A stretch of 64,000 bases of DNA from the human T2T-CHM13v2.0 reference genome, Homo sapiens: the NCBI RefSeq assembly GCF_009914755.1, contig NC_060943.1. One strand, 5' to 3'. Both the position numbers and the translations under genes were made by a program. Under the pieces are notes generated by a model. The model saw only the letters and a list, made by a program, of their open reading frames with translations. It did not search any database and was not told the origin of the DNA. Each line of letters begins with the position of its first letter. The stretch's first letter is position 1. Below are positions 30,893 to 44,262 of this stretch, one piece after another.

Positions 30893-31500
30893 GGCAGGGC
30901 ACGGTGGCTCACGCCTGCAATCCCAGCACTTTGGGAGGCTGAGGTGGGTGAATCACCTGAGGTCAGGAGTTTGAGACCAGCCTGGCCAACATGGTGAAAC
31001 CCTGTCTCTACCAGAAATACAAAAATTATCTGAGCGTGGTGCCAGGTGCCTGTAATCCCAGCTACTCAGGGGACTGAGGCAGGAGAATCACTTGAACCCA
31101 GGAGGCGGAGGTTGCAGTGAGCCGAGATTGCGCCACTGTACTTCAGCCTGGGCAACACAGTGAGATTCTGTCAAAAAAAAAAAAAAAAAAAAGGCCGAGT
31201 GTGGTGGCTCACACCTGTAATCCCAGCACTTTTGGAGGCCGAGGCAGGTAGATTACCTGAGGTCAGGAGACCAGCCTGGCCAACATGGCAAAACCCTGTC
31301 TCTAATAAAAATACAAAAATTAGCCAGGCGTGGTGGAGGGCAACTGTAATCCCAGCTACTTGGGAGGCTGAGACAGGAGAATCATTGAACCCAGGAGGAG
31401 GAGGTTGCAGTGAGCTGAGATCACGTCAATGCACTCCAGCCTGAGTGACAAGAGTGAAACTCCATCTCAAAAAAAAAAAAGTAAAAGAAAAAGAAAATTC
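30893..31500 (+). mobile_element. Two tandem Alus
   Basis: Alu consensus. Confidence 0.9.
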
Positions 31501-34273
31501 CTCCTGATGTCTCCAGCTTTTTCCAAGTTCCCCTGGCATCAGAGGGTGGCAAACCATTTACATGGGTCCTGTGCACTACGTTTCAATAATGCTATGTTGC
31601 AAGACCAGGCAGTAAAGACACTACCTTTAGCCACTAACTCATACTCTAAAGGCTTAGAGTTTTAAAGAACCAGAAAAGAACATTCATAGTCAGGGAGAAT
31701 ATAATCTGATCATCTTCCCACCTTGTCAAAAGTCGGAGGAGGGAGAATTCAACTACAGCTGGGAGTGGAGCTGCCAGCTGTATTTTTAAAAATGGACACA
31801 TTTTGACTTAAGCCCTTTGGATCCCAGAGATAAATTTCAGGAGGAGAAGGGCAAGCCTGAATATTTTACCCCCTGTACCACCCAGAGTCAGCCAAAGCTG
31901 GAGATCTGTCAGTTTAGAAAATAAATAAGAGTGAGATTAGGGGTTGCATTTTTTCCCCTTTTTGCAATTAATTCCTGTGACTGGCTGCTCTGGCAACAAT
32001 GTAAATACTTGTAGCTTTCAGAACATGCCAGGTAGCCCATCTCTTCTGGTGGGCTGGTACTTATCTGCAAGGGTAGCCTTGTACTTAATATGGGCCTTTG
32101 TTGTCCCTTTCTGTGGCCACAGAACTTCCTAGGAAATGACAGTGGGGAAAATGAGAGCTATGGCTCTGGGTAGTCCGCTGATCTCATGGGGATGGGGCTG
32201 GAGCCAGGAGAAAATGAGATCATGAGATGAGCTCAGGAAAGCACTAGCGAAAAATGAGGTCTGAGCAAATGAATTAGCTTCTGCCCTACAATTATTTTTA
32301 AAAGTTTCCCATATGCCATCTTATTCAAACAGTGGACATGTGAAGTACATAACAGGGAAACTAAGACCAACAAAGAAGGGAAGTGACTTGCCCAGATCAT
32401 TTGCTTGAATCCTTTATTTACAACAATCCTACTGGGAATGCTTGTTACACAGAGCACTTAGTTCAATGAAATCCTTTCACCTACCCTGTGATCAAGGTTC
32501 ATTTATGATCTCTACTGTTCAGATGAGGAAGTGGGGACTCCAAGTGGTCAAATGACTAGTTCAAGGTCACGTAGCCAGGGAGGGGCACAGACAAAACTGG
32601 AATCCAGGTCTGCCAGAGTCCAGAGCCTATGCTCTCATCACTTTCTGGGCTGTACTGCCCAGAAAGTCCAAGTGGTCTTCAGAGACCCTCTGTTCACTCA
32701 GTTCCAATGCACCAGCACCTAGCTTTGGTGGAGGGGCTGGGAGACCCCTTTCTGCCATCTTTTGGCACTGCTCTGAGGGTCAGCCTGGCAGCTCGCATGC
32801 TGGGTTAATAAGCAAATCTTACTGCATCTAAAGTCCTCTTGCCAACTTGGTCCAGGATTTAATAATTGGTAAGTTTGGAGAAGGTGAGTGAGGGACAAGA
32901 GGGGGAAAAGGTGATTCCAAAGTCTGGCTTCTGTCCTCAACATCGTCTAAACGGGGTAGTCAGCTGGGGTTGGTGGTTAAAAATCTACACGGATATTTTA
33001 TTGGGGGTTGGAGTAAGACTCTCAAGGGCGTGCCTTTTCTTGGGGAGGGGAGCAGAAGATGGGGGTGTGCATCTCTGAAGATTTGCAAGAGTGAGAGACA
33101 CACAGAGAGAAAGAGAGTTGAAAAAGAGAAAGAGAAGCAGAGGGAGAGTTGGGGAGGCAGAGAGAGCAGGGGAGAGGCTGTGTCCAAGGTTCCCCTGGGC
33201 TTTTTCCAGAATTCCACAGCTCTGATGCTCAGGTACTCAGAAAGTGACCATGCTGTGTTGCTGGACAAAAGACACCTGTGACCGGGCTCAGAGTCTGAGA
33301 GGGGATGGGGGAAGCAGCCAGTGCTGCCTGGGAGGCAGAGGCATAGTGTTCCAGGTCAGATAATTGGCCAAGTCTTTCTTCCAAAGTCTGTCAGGCTACA
33401 TTTCCTAATGGGCACTTCTGGATTGGTACCCAGCCAGAATGCATACAGTCATCACAGCAGCTGCCATTTTGAGTGCCAATTACACACCGAGTATGCATGG
33501 TCCTGTGAAAATGGTGCTGTTATTGTCCTCTCCCCTCATTTAAAACTGACCATAATCCATGTTTGGATATGTCACTAAAATGAATAAGAACTCAAAATGC
33601 TAGTGCACATTCAGCAGTACTTCAAATGCCTGGGTTTGGGCTTATTTGGGAGCGCAGGAGGCAGTCTCATTCTGAGGTAGAAGGATGGGAACATGCCTGC
33701 TTAAGCTTCCTTCCAACATGGCTGCCTGGAGGCAGGGAGCTGAGTTACTACCTCTGGGGAAAGAGGAGCTGGCCAGTGAGGTCAGGAAAATTGGGCTGCT
33801 CTCTCCACACACCCCACCCATGTTCTGACCTCCTGCCATCTGTCTGTGCCACCTCCCTTGTGCCCTTGTGCCTAAGTGGTCACTTTCTGCCCTGGCATCC
33901 CAGCTGTGGGACCCCTTCTGCCCTCCTGGATGATAGCTGGGACAGGAACACTGGCTTTTAAATCACAATGCGTTTGGAGAACAACCACAGAACAGCTCAA
34001 CCCAAGAAACCAAAACCAAATAGCACAGACACAAGACAGAACCAAAGACGAGTCGCTTTGGGGGAGAAGAGGACCAGGTGAAGGGAATGGGAGGGGAAAA
34101 AAGAACCATTTGATTTTTTCCCCCCAAAACGAAACAAAACCAAAGAAAAAAAGAAAAAAGAAAAAAAAAAGAAAAAGGAAAAAAGAAAACCAAAAGAGAA
34201 AAACAGAACAGAAGACGAGAAACACTCCAACAGAAGGCGTTGGGAATTCACCAAACCAAACCGACAAGAGAGG

Positions 34274-34308
34274 CATGCAGAGAAATTTTTACATTCTCCC
34301 AGCATGCA
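34274..34308 (-). promoter_or_regulatory. Two TGCATG (RBFOX-type) elements downstream of microexon meB
   Basis: catgca on + at 34274-34279 and 34303-34308, within repeat-free U-rich intron ~370-400 nt downstream of meB. Confidence 0.5.
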
Positions 34309-34674
34309 TCAGGCCCAAGTTACCATGACGACGAGGAGTGCAAAAAACTTAGCAACAACATTACCAACGGATGCAGAGGCGACCATAATGCAAGCATCGC
34401 ATGTGTGCGGCCGGCCCTAGGCCGGGCTGGGCGCGGCTGAGATTTTCGTGTCTTTCTGGGTTTTGCGCTCGCTTGGCGGTTTTTTGTTTAGTTTGCTTTG
34501 TGCTTATGATTCATATTCCATCTTTTAAAATTGTTGTTCATTTTTCTATTTTTTTTCCGTGTGTGTGTCAGCGTGTGTCCGTGTGGTGTCTACATGTGTT
34601 TTGTGTGTGTGCGTGTCATTTTCAGAATGTAAAAATGTGGGTAAAGAAAGTAAAAAAGAAAAAAACACACCAAC

Positions 34675-34686
34675 CTTCTCGAAGCT
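34675..34686 (-). CDS. PTPRS: PTPRS microexon meB (ELRE), 12 nt, Ig2-Ig3 linker
   Basis: ccctcag|AGCTTCGAGAAG|gttggt, phase 1-1; gives LYVR-ELRE-VRRV. Confidence 0.93.
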
Positions 34687-36583
34687 CTGAGGGATGTAAA
34701 GGGGGTTTGATGCAGAACACAATGACATGGGAAGAAGAGAAAAAATAGGGGAGATACAGAGAGTAAAAAGAGGACTTCCCAAGGCTAAAAGCTGCAATAG
34801 TTTGTTGTTTTTTTTTTCTTTAAACCAAAAAAAAAAATTAAAATTAAAAAATAAAAAGAACAGCAATGACCTTTTTGTCTTCTCTCCACTCTGCCCTCAA
34901 CATACAAGATCTACTACATTTGCCTTTCTCCATTCTTTTCTAAGCTTGATTCTGGAGCATCTAAGACCCAGGCAAAGATGGGGAAACAGAACCTCACCCC
35001 CTCAACTGTCCCCAAGAGGATGGAGGCTCATGCTGGGGACCCCACCTCTGGGGGATGAGGACACAGAAGCCCCCCTCCCTTCTTGCACCCTCACTAAAGG
35101 CCCCACCCGGCTCCCTGCCCCACACCTGCTGTCCACACTCTTTTGAGCCCTGCTGGATTTACAAACCCCCATCCCAGGTGTTGGCAGAGAAATAAGCAGG
35201 TTAGGTGAAGACCAGTCAGTTGGAGTCACGAACGCATTACAACTCACCAGAGGTGCCGTGACAGTGGATCAGACGTGCCCCTACCCACCACCCGTCCATA
35301 CACCCACATCCCCATCCCCTCCCCCTCCATGCGACCTCCTCCTCAGAGACAAAATGCAAAACCCCAGGTCCAGGACCAAGGAATCACTTCAGGGCCAGCG
35401 GGTGCTGTGGATGGTAGGGACGAAGGTGGTGAGTGAGGGTCTGTGGGTAAGGGATGAGCCACACGGCCTCCTGGATGGAGAACAACTAGGGCTTGGTACT
35501 TCGCATGGGGGAAACTGAGGCCCAGAGAAGGATGTGATTGAGTCAATTACACAGCGCTAACTGGGGCAGCCCTAGGGATTGAAGGGCGCCCTGGCATCCT
35601 GGCAGAAGCTGTTTCTACCACAAATCTGATCAGAAACAGCGACTAGGAGGTGAAAGGGAGGAGGAGGAGGAAGACTACAACTTCTGAAAAGACCCAAGAG
35701 CCAACACACGAGATAAGAGGAGGCCAACGGAGGCATCTGGGGGCAAGGGAGCCCCCTGGCACCTTTGAGGCAGCACCAAGGGACCCACAAGGAAGTAAGC
35801 TTCCTTGGGGCAGGGGAGCGGGGAGGTGCTGGGGCGAGGCCCCCACGCTGCTGGGCATGACTGAGTGGGAATTGGAAACTGAGAGTAACAAGCTTCGCTG
35901 GGTGCCGTGCCTGCCCCAGCTCGGTGCAACTACCGAGCCCCCCGGGTGCCTGTGCCCGCTGTGGCTCCAGCCTCCCATCGGCCTGGACTGCCCTTCTCGG
36001 AGAGTCATTAGGAAGAGGCAGAAGGCGCCGGGCTCCGGACCAGCTGGTGGGGGGTGGGAGGGGCAGCCTCGAAGACCCCTCCTCAACTTCTAGATTGAGG
36101 GCCCTGGATTAGGGGGGGCAGTGAAGCGGGGAGCTACGAGGCCACAAAGTTGGGAGAAGCAAAGCCAGCACACAGCACGGGAAGGCACGACACACCACAG
36201 AAGCCAACTCGGGTGGGCAGGCAGGTGGGGTGGGGCGGGGCAGAGGCCTGCAGGCTCCCCTGGCCCTGTAGGCCCAAGACTGACCCCCTCACCCTGCCCC
36301 ACGCCTTCCTACCCCACCATCACTGCCTCCCCAGAGCCTGCTGCCCACGGGGCATCTCTCGCAAGGCACGAGGAAGGGAATTTAAGCTGCCCCCATTCTA
36401 CAGGCAAGGAAACTAAGGCCCAGAGAGGGACGCCGCCTCGGCCAAGGTCCCACCGCGACCGGGGAGGGGCCTTCCTGCTTGGGTGTGCAGGGGACGGGGG
36501 AGCCCGGAGGCGGTGAGCCCGAGGAGGGAGGGGGATGGGACGGGGCGGGTCCCTGCCTTTGACCTGGACGCGGCGTTCCCTAC

Positions 36584-36694
36584 CTCGCACGTAGAGGTTG
36601 GCAGGTGAGGAGTAGCGCACGCCGGCGCTGTTGGTGGCCACACACTCATATTTGCCCTGGTCGGTTTCCTCACTGCTTTCAATCTGCAGGGCTC
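36584..36694 (-). CDS. PTPRS: PTPRS exon, Ig2 C-part ([37 protein letters not shown]), 111 nt
   Basis: cacag|GAGCCCTG...GTGCGAG|gtaggg; DxGxYxC Ig motif. Confidence 0.97.
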
Positions 36695-37149
36695 CTGTGG
36701 GAAGATGGGAAAAAGCTTGGTCTGTTAGAGGGGGGCCCAGGAGTGAACAGGGAAAGCTCCCCCACCAGAGTGCTCTCTGGCCTGTCTCCTGTGCTGGCTG
36801 GGCCAGAGAGGCAGATAAGAGGTGAGAAAACCTGGAAGCCCTAGCTTGGCCAGGCCTTGTATAACCTCCACCCCCACATCTAGCCCCACCAGGGCCTGGA
36901 CACACCAGATTCCCCAGCAAATTCTCCACTCACAGTGGAAAAGCAGCTGGTCATGAGACTGCTGCCTCATGACTGCCAAGTTGAATTACAAAGATGGAGA
37001 AAAGTGTGTTTGAGAAAGCACTAAGTGATGCTCTCCTGGCCAGAAGGAAAGAGTGGGTTGGCATTCACAACTCATAACCATCATTTGATAGATCCAGGGA
37101 CCTGAGGGGGCCCACCACAAATCATGTGAAAATTCAGGGAGCTGGTGGT

Positions 37150-38300
37150 TGCTTTGTTTCATTAGGTGCCCGTGAGTAAATGAACATGGGTCTGGGTTCC
37201 TCAGTTGTGTTTGGAATCCTAGTCCTCAAAGTCCTCAACGCCCCTAAGTAAATGGAGACGGGGTTGTACTTCTTCAGGTGTGTTTGAAATTTCAGGATTA
37301 GGTTATACCCTGAGGCAGCTAAAGTAAAAAAACGTTGATGCTGGTGTGTATCAAGTATGTTTGAGATCAAAGCCATGGATCCAAGCCTTCTGGCCTGAAA
37401 CTGATTGAAGAGAAGTCAGAATTTCCCCAAGTATTTTAAGTCATCTAAATAAAAGTCTGAATTTACCTGCTTGTATTTAAAACCACAAGCCTGAAGTCAA
37501 CATCCTGGTGCTCACGAGTAACTGAATGGACTTCTTCAAGTGTGTTTGAAATTATGGTCCTAGACCCAATTCTATGATGCTCATAGGTACCCAGGATTAG
37601 ATTAAATTTTCAAAAGTGTTTGAAATCAGGGGTCTGATTGAAAGCCTCTCATACTCACAAGTAAAGTTGAGGCTAAAATGCCCCAAGCCTGGATCAAAGA
37701 ATTTGTTGGTCATGAGTAAATAAAGATACAAAGAAGAGGGCAATTTTTCAAGCATATTTAAAACCACAGGCCCAAATCCAAGGTCTTGGTGCTCATGAGT
37801 AGATGAAAATAGGACTGATTTCCCCTCAATACATTTGAAATCACAGACCCAAATCAAAGACTTCACTTTCCATGAACCTATAAAAATGAATGAACCTTCT
37901 CAAGAATATCTGAAATCACAGGCCTTGATCAAACACTACTGTGCCCATGAGAAAATGAAAACGAGGCCAAGATTTCCCCAAAGATATCTGAAACCACATG
38001 CCTGAAACAAGTCCCTCATTTTCACCAGTAAATGAAGCTGAGTATATCTGAAATTATAGGCCTTGATAAAAACTTGAGTGCCCACAAATAAAAAATAAGG
38101 CAAAAGTTTCCACACGTATGTTTGTAATCACAGGCCTGGATCAAAGTCCTTATTTTCATAAGTAAATAAAACTTAGTGTAACATATCTAAGTATGTTTGA
38201 ATCACAGGCCTGGACCCAAGTGCCTGTCGACCATGAGTAAATGAAGATGAGTGAATATCCCCAAATGTGTTTGAATCACAGGCTTCAATCACAGCCTATG
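37150..38300. repeat. Degenerate AT-rich tandem array, ~75-bp period
   Basis: Motif TGTTTGAAATCACAGGCC...CATGAGTAAATGAA recurs near 37208, 37281, 37358, 37474, 37543, 37617, 37755, 37832, 37907, 37985, 38045, 38119, 38194 and 38268. Confidence 0.8.
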
Positions 38301-38739
38301 GCACCAGGGGTCCAAAAATCCAGACTGAGCTTTCCAGCCTTGTTTGTGACTATCCCACAGAAATGACATGGACCCACAGATTGGGGGATTCTCTCTGGAG
38401 GTCATGGATAAAGACTCCGTCCCCATAGAGCACTGCCTATTCTCCCTGGACCTCGAGGTTCTGGGAAGCAGGCAGTATCTCCATCACTAAGGAGGCCCAG
38501 AGAGGGTCAGGAGACTGCTCTAGGTCACACAGCATTTGTAGCAAAGGTAGGGCTGGACACTGATTCTTCCCCAGGTTCCCACTCAGGCCTTCTCTTGGCT
38601 CTTCTCTGAGGCAAAAGTTGGGTAGGGGGAAAGGGATGGAGCCGACCGACCTGAGAGTGCATGTCTCTATGTGTCCTTGGGTTAGAACCTCCAGATCAGA
38701 AAGAACTGTGGAGCTGGAAGGCCCACTTTGCATGTTCGT

Positions 38740-39046
38740 TTTGTTTCTTTTTTTTTTTTTTTTTGAGGAGTCTCATTCTGTCACCCAGGCTGGAGTGCAG
38801 TGGCATGATCTTAGTGGCTCACTGCAACCTCTGCCTCCCAGGTTCAAGTGATTCTCCTGCCTCAGCCTCCTGAGTAGCTGGGATTACAGGCGCCCACCAC
38901 CATGCCCGGCTAATTTTTGTGTTTTTAGTAGAGATGGGGTTTGACCATGCTGCCCAGGCTGGTCTTGAACTCCTGACCTCAGGTGATTCACCTGCCTCGG
39001 CCTCCCACAGTGCTGGGATTACAGGCGTGAACCACCGCGCCCGGCC
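38740..39046 (-). mobile_element. Alu
   Basis: Alu consensus. Confidence 0.9.
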
Positions 39047-39371
39047 TGCATGCTCATTTTAGAGGTGGCTAAACCACATGGGGCTCCCAGCACTCTGGGG
39101 GTCTTGCCAGGTAGGGTCCTTCCCAGAGGGGGAGAGAGCGCCCCCGCCTTCCACAGCCAGGTGACCTGAGGAGTCACCTCGGCCACATTCAGCCCCCTGG
39201 CCACAGACACAGACACAGACGCAGAGACCGGACTAACACTGGGTGGAACAAAGGTGGTGGCAGGGTGGACACGCATGGAAGGGGGCCTGGGGGCAGGCCC
39301 TGTGGAGCCTGAGGGGCTGAGTGGGCAGCAAGAGCGAGCGTGAGTGGGTGGGTGAGTGAGGAGCCTCTTAC

Positions 39372-39389
39372 CTCGAATCGGAGTGCTTT
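39372..39389 (-). CDS. PTPRS: PTPRS microexon meA6 (ESTPIR), 18 nt
   Basis: ctctgcttcccttacag|AAAGCACTCCGATTCGAG|gtaaga, phase 1-1. Confidence 0.94.
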
Positions 39390-40556
39390 CTGTAAGGGAA
39401 GCAGAGAGAACCAGGTGAATGTCACAAGGCGGTTGTTGGGGGGCCGGGGGGCCCCAGGGAAGCTGGGCTGGGCCGTAAGCCAGGCCTCAGCACTCTGCCC
39501 CAGGGAGGGGATCGAGCCAGCCCTGGGCATACGGACCCTGCGGGCTTTGCTGAGGAAGCTAGGAGAGGCCTCCTAGGAGCAGGGTGAGGTCTGAGGGCTT
39601 GTCAAAGCAGGAGGGTTTCCTGTAGAAGGCGGGAATCTCTGGGGGTGGAGGGATGGAGTCTAGAAGCCTCTCTGGATGGGTGAGGGGCGTCTCTATGCCC
39701 AGGGAAGGTCTGTCAGCCTGGCCCTTTGGTGGCCTTCCCTCTGGGCTGAGGGAGGGAGGTTCATCACCCCCCCTTCCTTCTTTCCGTCTTAGGGAGCCCA
39801 GCAAGAGACTGCTTTCAAGTCCAGACTAGGAGGGGACAAGGAGCAACAGGAATTATCTTGTTAGAGACAGGGGAGGTGGGTGGGGTTAGTGCCCCAGTGC
39901 CGGGCATTAATACAGCCAAGGAAGGGTGTCACAGACAGGCCGAGTAGGAGGGACAGGGAGAGCCTGGCAGCCTTCTTACCAAGAGGAAAAGAGGAAAGAC
40001 CTGTTTATCTGGGCCTTGGAGGCAGGGATGGTTAACTGCAAAGCAGGAAAAGGCGGCTCGGGGCTGGAACGTTACTCCCTCTGCTCATGATCCAGGGAGA
40101 AGTTTTGGGCCCCCTTCTCTCTGCTGCTGATGGCCGATAACTTGATAACTCGGCTGGCTGGGGCCAAGAAGATCCCAAGACCTCGATCTGCCAGGAGTGG
40201 CCAGACACGTGAAAAAGCAGCTCCTTCTGCGTGGCCCAAACCCATTTTGCAGACGGGCCAACTGAGGCTCAGAGGGGAATCTCTGAGGTCCCATCATGAG
40301 GCAGGGGTGGGCACTGAGCCTAGCTCTCCAGCCTCCTGGGATGAGGAGCTTCTGGCCTGAACTTTTCGGAGTCCCTGAATTATCTTTCGAGGTGTTCTCG
40401 TGAGGCCACTCTGCACCCTTTAGAGGGGAGCAAACAGAAGTTTGCCTAAAGTTACACCCTGGAGAACTGGAATCCGAGTCAGCGGAAATCCAGGCTGGCC
40501 TTTGCTAGGACACTGGGATGACGATGGTGGAAGTCAGGGTTAAAGAAAGTCTTTTC

Positions 40557-40850
40557 AGGCCGGGCGTGGTGGCTCACGCCTGTAATCCTAGCACTTTGGG
40601 AAGCCGAGGCAGGTGGATCACCTGAGGTCAGGAGTTTGGGGTACCAGCCTGGCCAACATGGTGAAACCCCGTCTCTACTAAAAATACAAAAATTAGCCGG
40701 GTGTGGTGGTGGGTGCCTGTAATCCCTGCTACTCAGGAGACTGAGGCAGGAGAATTGCTTGAATCGGGGACGTGGAGGCTTTAGTGAGCCGAGATGGTGC
40801 CACTGCACTCCAGCCTGGGTGACAGATTAAGACTGTCTCAAAAAAAAAGA
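40557..40850 (+). mobile_element. Alu
   Basis: Alu consensus; TSD aagtcttttca. Confidence 0.9.
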
Positions 40851-41530
40851 AGTCTTTTCAAGTTGGCCAAATCACTCAGGGCTATTCTATCAAGTGGAAA
40901 CAATGTATCCCTTAGCCATTAAAAGGTGTTCCGCCTCCCACCCTGAGAGAGATGAAGGGACTGATAGCATAGGCTGATATCAGTCACTCTCACTTTAGTA
41001 TGAATTAGTCCCACAACTGATTTCAGGAGATTCAGGCTGAATGCTGAGAAAAGTGGATGAGAAGTGCCCAGTAGCAGCTAGGCTGGAAAAATCTCCACTC
41101 CACGCCCAGCCCCAGCCCCCAAACTTCTGTAATTAAATCCTTTTCCAGCAGGGCTAAGGCCAAGAAAAAAGTGCGGGAGGAAATGTTGTTAGGTGCGAAG
41201 TTCCATGAGCCCGAGGATGCCTCTGAACCCCCCTCAGCCTGCATTTTGAGGTCTGCCTGGCCTTGTCTCTTTTCCTCTTTTCCTTTGGGTGGACTTGTCT
41301 CTTTTCCTCTTTTCCTTTGGGTTTCTTTCTCTGCCGCACACTAGTGCCAGCTGGGGAGGGCTGAGGGGCCGGTCGCGGGGAGGAGGGAGAGGGCGTTAGT
41401 AAACATACCAGGCAGAGTGGGTCACAGTTACCATCACGGTGGCTGTTAGTTTGGTGAGGAGAAGGGGAGCAGAAGGGGCACAAAGGGGATGGGGCGTTAG
41501 TTGTTGACGTGGTGATGAAATCAGACTTAC

Positions 41531-41539
41531 CAAAGGTTT
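41531..41539 (-). CDS. PTPRS: PTPRS microexon meA3 (ETF), 9 nt
   Basis: ttcag|AAACCTTTG|gtaagt, phase 1-1, preceded by a pyrimidine tract. Restores the known ETF of QLRSETFESTPIRGALQ. Confidence 0.93.
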
Positions 41540-43574
41540 CTGAACGTTTACAACAGGAGGATAAGAAAAGAGAACAGGAACGTTAACGGGTGGTTACAAA
41601 GAATCCTATGTCCTCAGCGAGGAGGGGAGGGCGGGGGAGGGGAGGGGGACGCTCAGAATAATAATAACAACATTTCTTATGATTCCTAAAGTGGCTTATG
41701 TTCACTGAGCACCTAGCAGGCGCTAGACATTCCATCCTGGAGAGGTCACCAGAACACAAGGAAAATAGGCATGTTTTATGGGGAAACTGAGGCCACCGCT
41801 CCCCCTGCTTGCAGAGGCCTATGAGCTGCAAACATCCTCAGCCAGGCTGGGAGATAGGAGGCGATTTGTCCCCCCAGTGTGAGGTCTGAGTCTCTCCAAG
41901 GAAGACATTCTGGGCTCCACGTCTGATCTTTTTGGGGCTTGGTTTTCACTAAGGAGGAGGAGCAGAAAGCGGAGAACAGGTAGGTAGGCTCTTTGGTGGG
42001 GGGCAACGATGGGCAGTGAGTGAGGGGCGCTGGGGATGATTCGGGGAGGTACTGCTGCAAAGGGGGCTCCGTGGCGGGATCCTCGGAGGAAGGGGAGAGA
42101 GAAAGCAAAAAGAGGGGTGTGTGGAGGTGCAGGGTGATCTCAACAGTGACCTGAACGAAGGCAGGGCGTCAAGCCCGGCACAACTGAAAACAGTAAATCC
42201 GTGACACAGACAAACACGCATGTGCAGCCACACGTGTGCTCCCAATGTATGGAGACACATCCCCACCACGTGTGTCCCCACGCACGAGCACTAGGGAGGT
42301 GCAGGCTGAGAGGCGCGTGCGCGGATCACTGCCCTGTGTGCACAGGCACGGGAGTGACTGCAATGTGGGTGCACGTGTGGCCGAGATGCAGGCGGACACT
42401 TTGCTCCGGGCGGGGGAAGGGAGGCCCGTGTGTGACAGCAGCCAGGCCTGCACACCTGTGCCCACAGGCGGGAGGCAGGCCAGGCCGGCACAGGGAGCCC
42501 AGACATGCACACGTGGACATGTCGTGAAGCGGGGGGACAACACACACGCAGACACAGCCCCCCAGACAGATGGACCCACAGATGGGCCATGTGGGTGCTT
42601 TGTGGAGACACAATGGTGGAACCACCCGTCTCCAAGGCTCTGTCCCAAGGTCTCCCTAGCCCAGCCAGGGCCTGAACAGACAGGCTGGACTGCCCGTCTG
42701 TGCCCCCTTACAGACCTGAAGCCCCGCCATCACCTCTTACTGCTCAGCCTTGGAGAGACTCTCTCCCTGTAGTTTTCTATGGCTCCCCATCACCTTACTT
42801 GTCACCTCTGGACACCTGCCATTGCCTTACACAGCTTCCACTACTCCTGCCTGTCTGGGCCCCACTGTATTCTCACTGGACGTGCCTAATGCTTCTGTAG
42901 AGGATGCTCTCTGCCACCTTCCATAGCTCCCTATTACATACCCATTGAAGCTGGTCTCCCCTTGTCACCCTCCATGGCTCACTGACACTTCTGCCTGTCT
43001 GTCTCCCATTGCTTGGGCACTGCCGATACCCACCATCCTTGGCGGCTTTCTTTCTTTTCAGAGATGAGCGTCTTGCTACATTGCCCATGCTGGTCTCAAA
43101 CTCCTGGCCTCAAGCAAGCCTTCTGCCTTGGCCTCCCAAAGAGCTCGGATTACAGGCATAAGCCACTGCGCCCAGCCCCCTCAGTGGCTTCCTATCACCC
43201 ACAACTGTCTGTGGGTGACAGCTGTGATCTCACTGCCTGAGCATGGGAGACACTCTCCCCGCCCATGGCCCTATATAACTCCCCATCCTTGTGCATGTCT
43301 GCATCCATTATATCTTCATTGGCCAGGTGTTGAAGCACTATTCTTCTACCACCCTCTATAGCTCTCCAGTACTCATGCCCATCTGTGCCCCCTAATATCC
43401 TCAGTGTGCGGCTTTGAAGACATTTGCCCCCACTCCCCCAGAGCCAACGCCTGCCACGGCCACACACTGTCTCTGTCTGTCCTCCAGTAGTCCCCAGAAC
43501 TTGGGCCCTGGAGATGCTCCCCACCCCCTGCTGCCCTCCAAGGCTCCCACGTCCTGTCAGCCACCCTCACTCAC

Positions 43575-43763
43575 CTGATCGCAGCTGTTTGATGCGTCCA
43601 TTGCTGGCACTAGGATCCACAGGCAGGAAGTCCTTGAACCAGGTGATCTCAGGGTCAGGGTTGCCGCTGGCTGCACAGAGCATGGTGGCTGTCCGTGTCC
43701 GCTCCACCACCTTCAACTGTGGGCCCATGTCGATGTTGGGGAAGCCAGAGGGCAGCTGGTCCT
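43575..43763 (-). CDS. PTPRS: PTPRS exon, Ig2 N-part ([16 protein letters not shown]...RIKQLRS), 189 nt
   Basis: ctcag|AGGACCAG...CGATCAG|gtgagt; lies within ORF 43567..43977. Confidence 0.97.
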
Positions 43764-44262
43764 CTGAGGGCAGAGACGTGAGAGAAATGGGCATGGTTCT
43801 GAGCACTGCACAGCCACTCCTGAGCCTGGGGCTCAGGGACTGCCTGGCCACGGGTCCAGCTCCTCCCTGGCTGCGTGACCTCAGCCATGGGTGCCATCCT
43901 TTACAGCCAGTTCTCTCTCTTTTTTTGAGACAGGGTCTTGCTCTGTTGCCCAGGCTGGAGTACAGTGGCTCGATCATAGCTCACCGCAGTCTCAACAACC
44001 TGGGCTCAAGTGATCCTCCTGCCTCAGCCTCCTGAGTAGCCGGGACTACAAGCATGCGCCACCACGCCTGGCTAATTTTTAAAATTTTTGTAGAGAGGGG
44101 GTCTCGCTGTGTTGTCCAGGCGGGTCTCAAACTCCTGGCCCCAAGCAATCCTCCCACTTCTGCCTCCCAAAGCACTGGGATTGCAGGCATGAGCCACTGC
44201 ACCTGGTTGGGTCCCTCTTCTGTACAAGGGGGAGGCTGGTGTCAGGGAGCTGAGCCAGGTAG

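Noticed and set aside
41262-41322. 29-bp direct duplication (32-bp period) downstream of meA3; likewise a 17-bp duplication in a MIR at ~14846-14880
   Set aside because: Simple slippage events in low-complexity sequence with no evidence of function.
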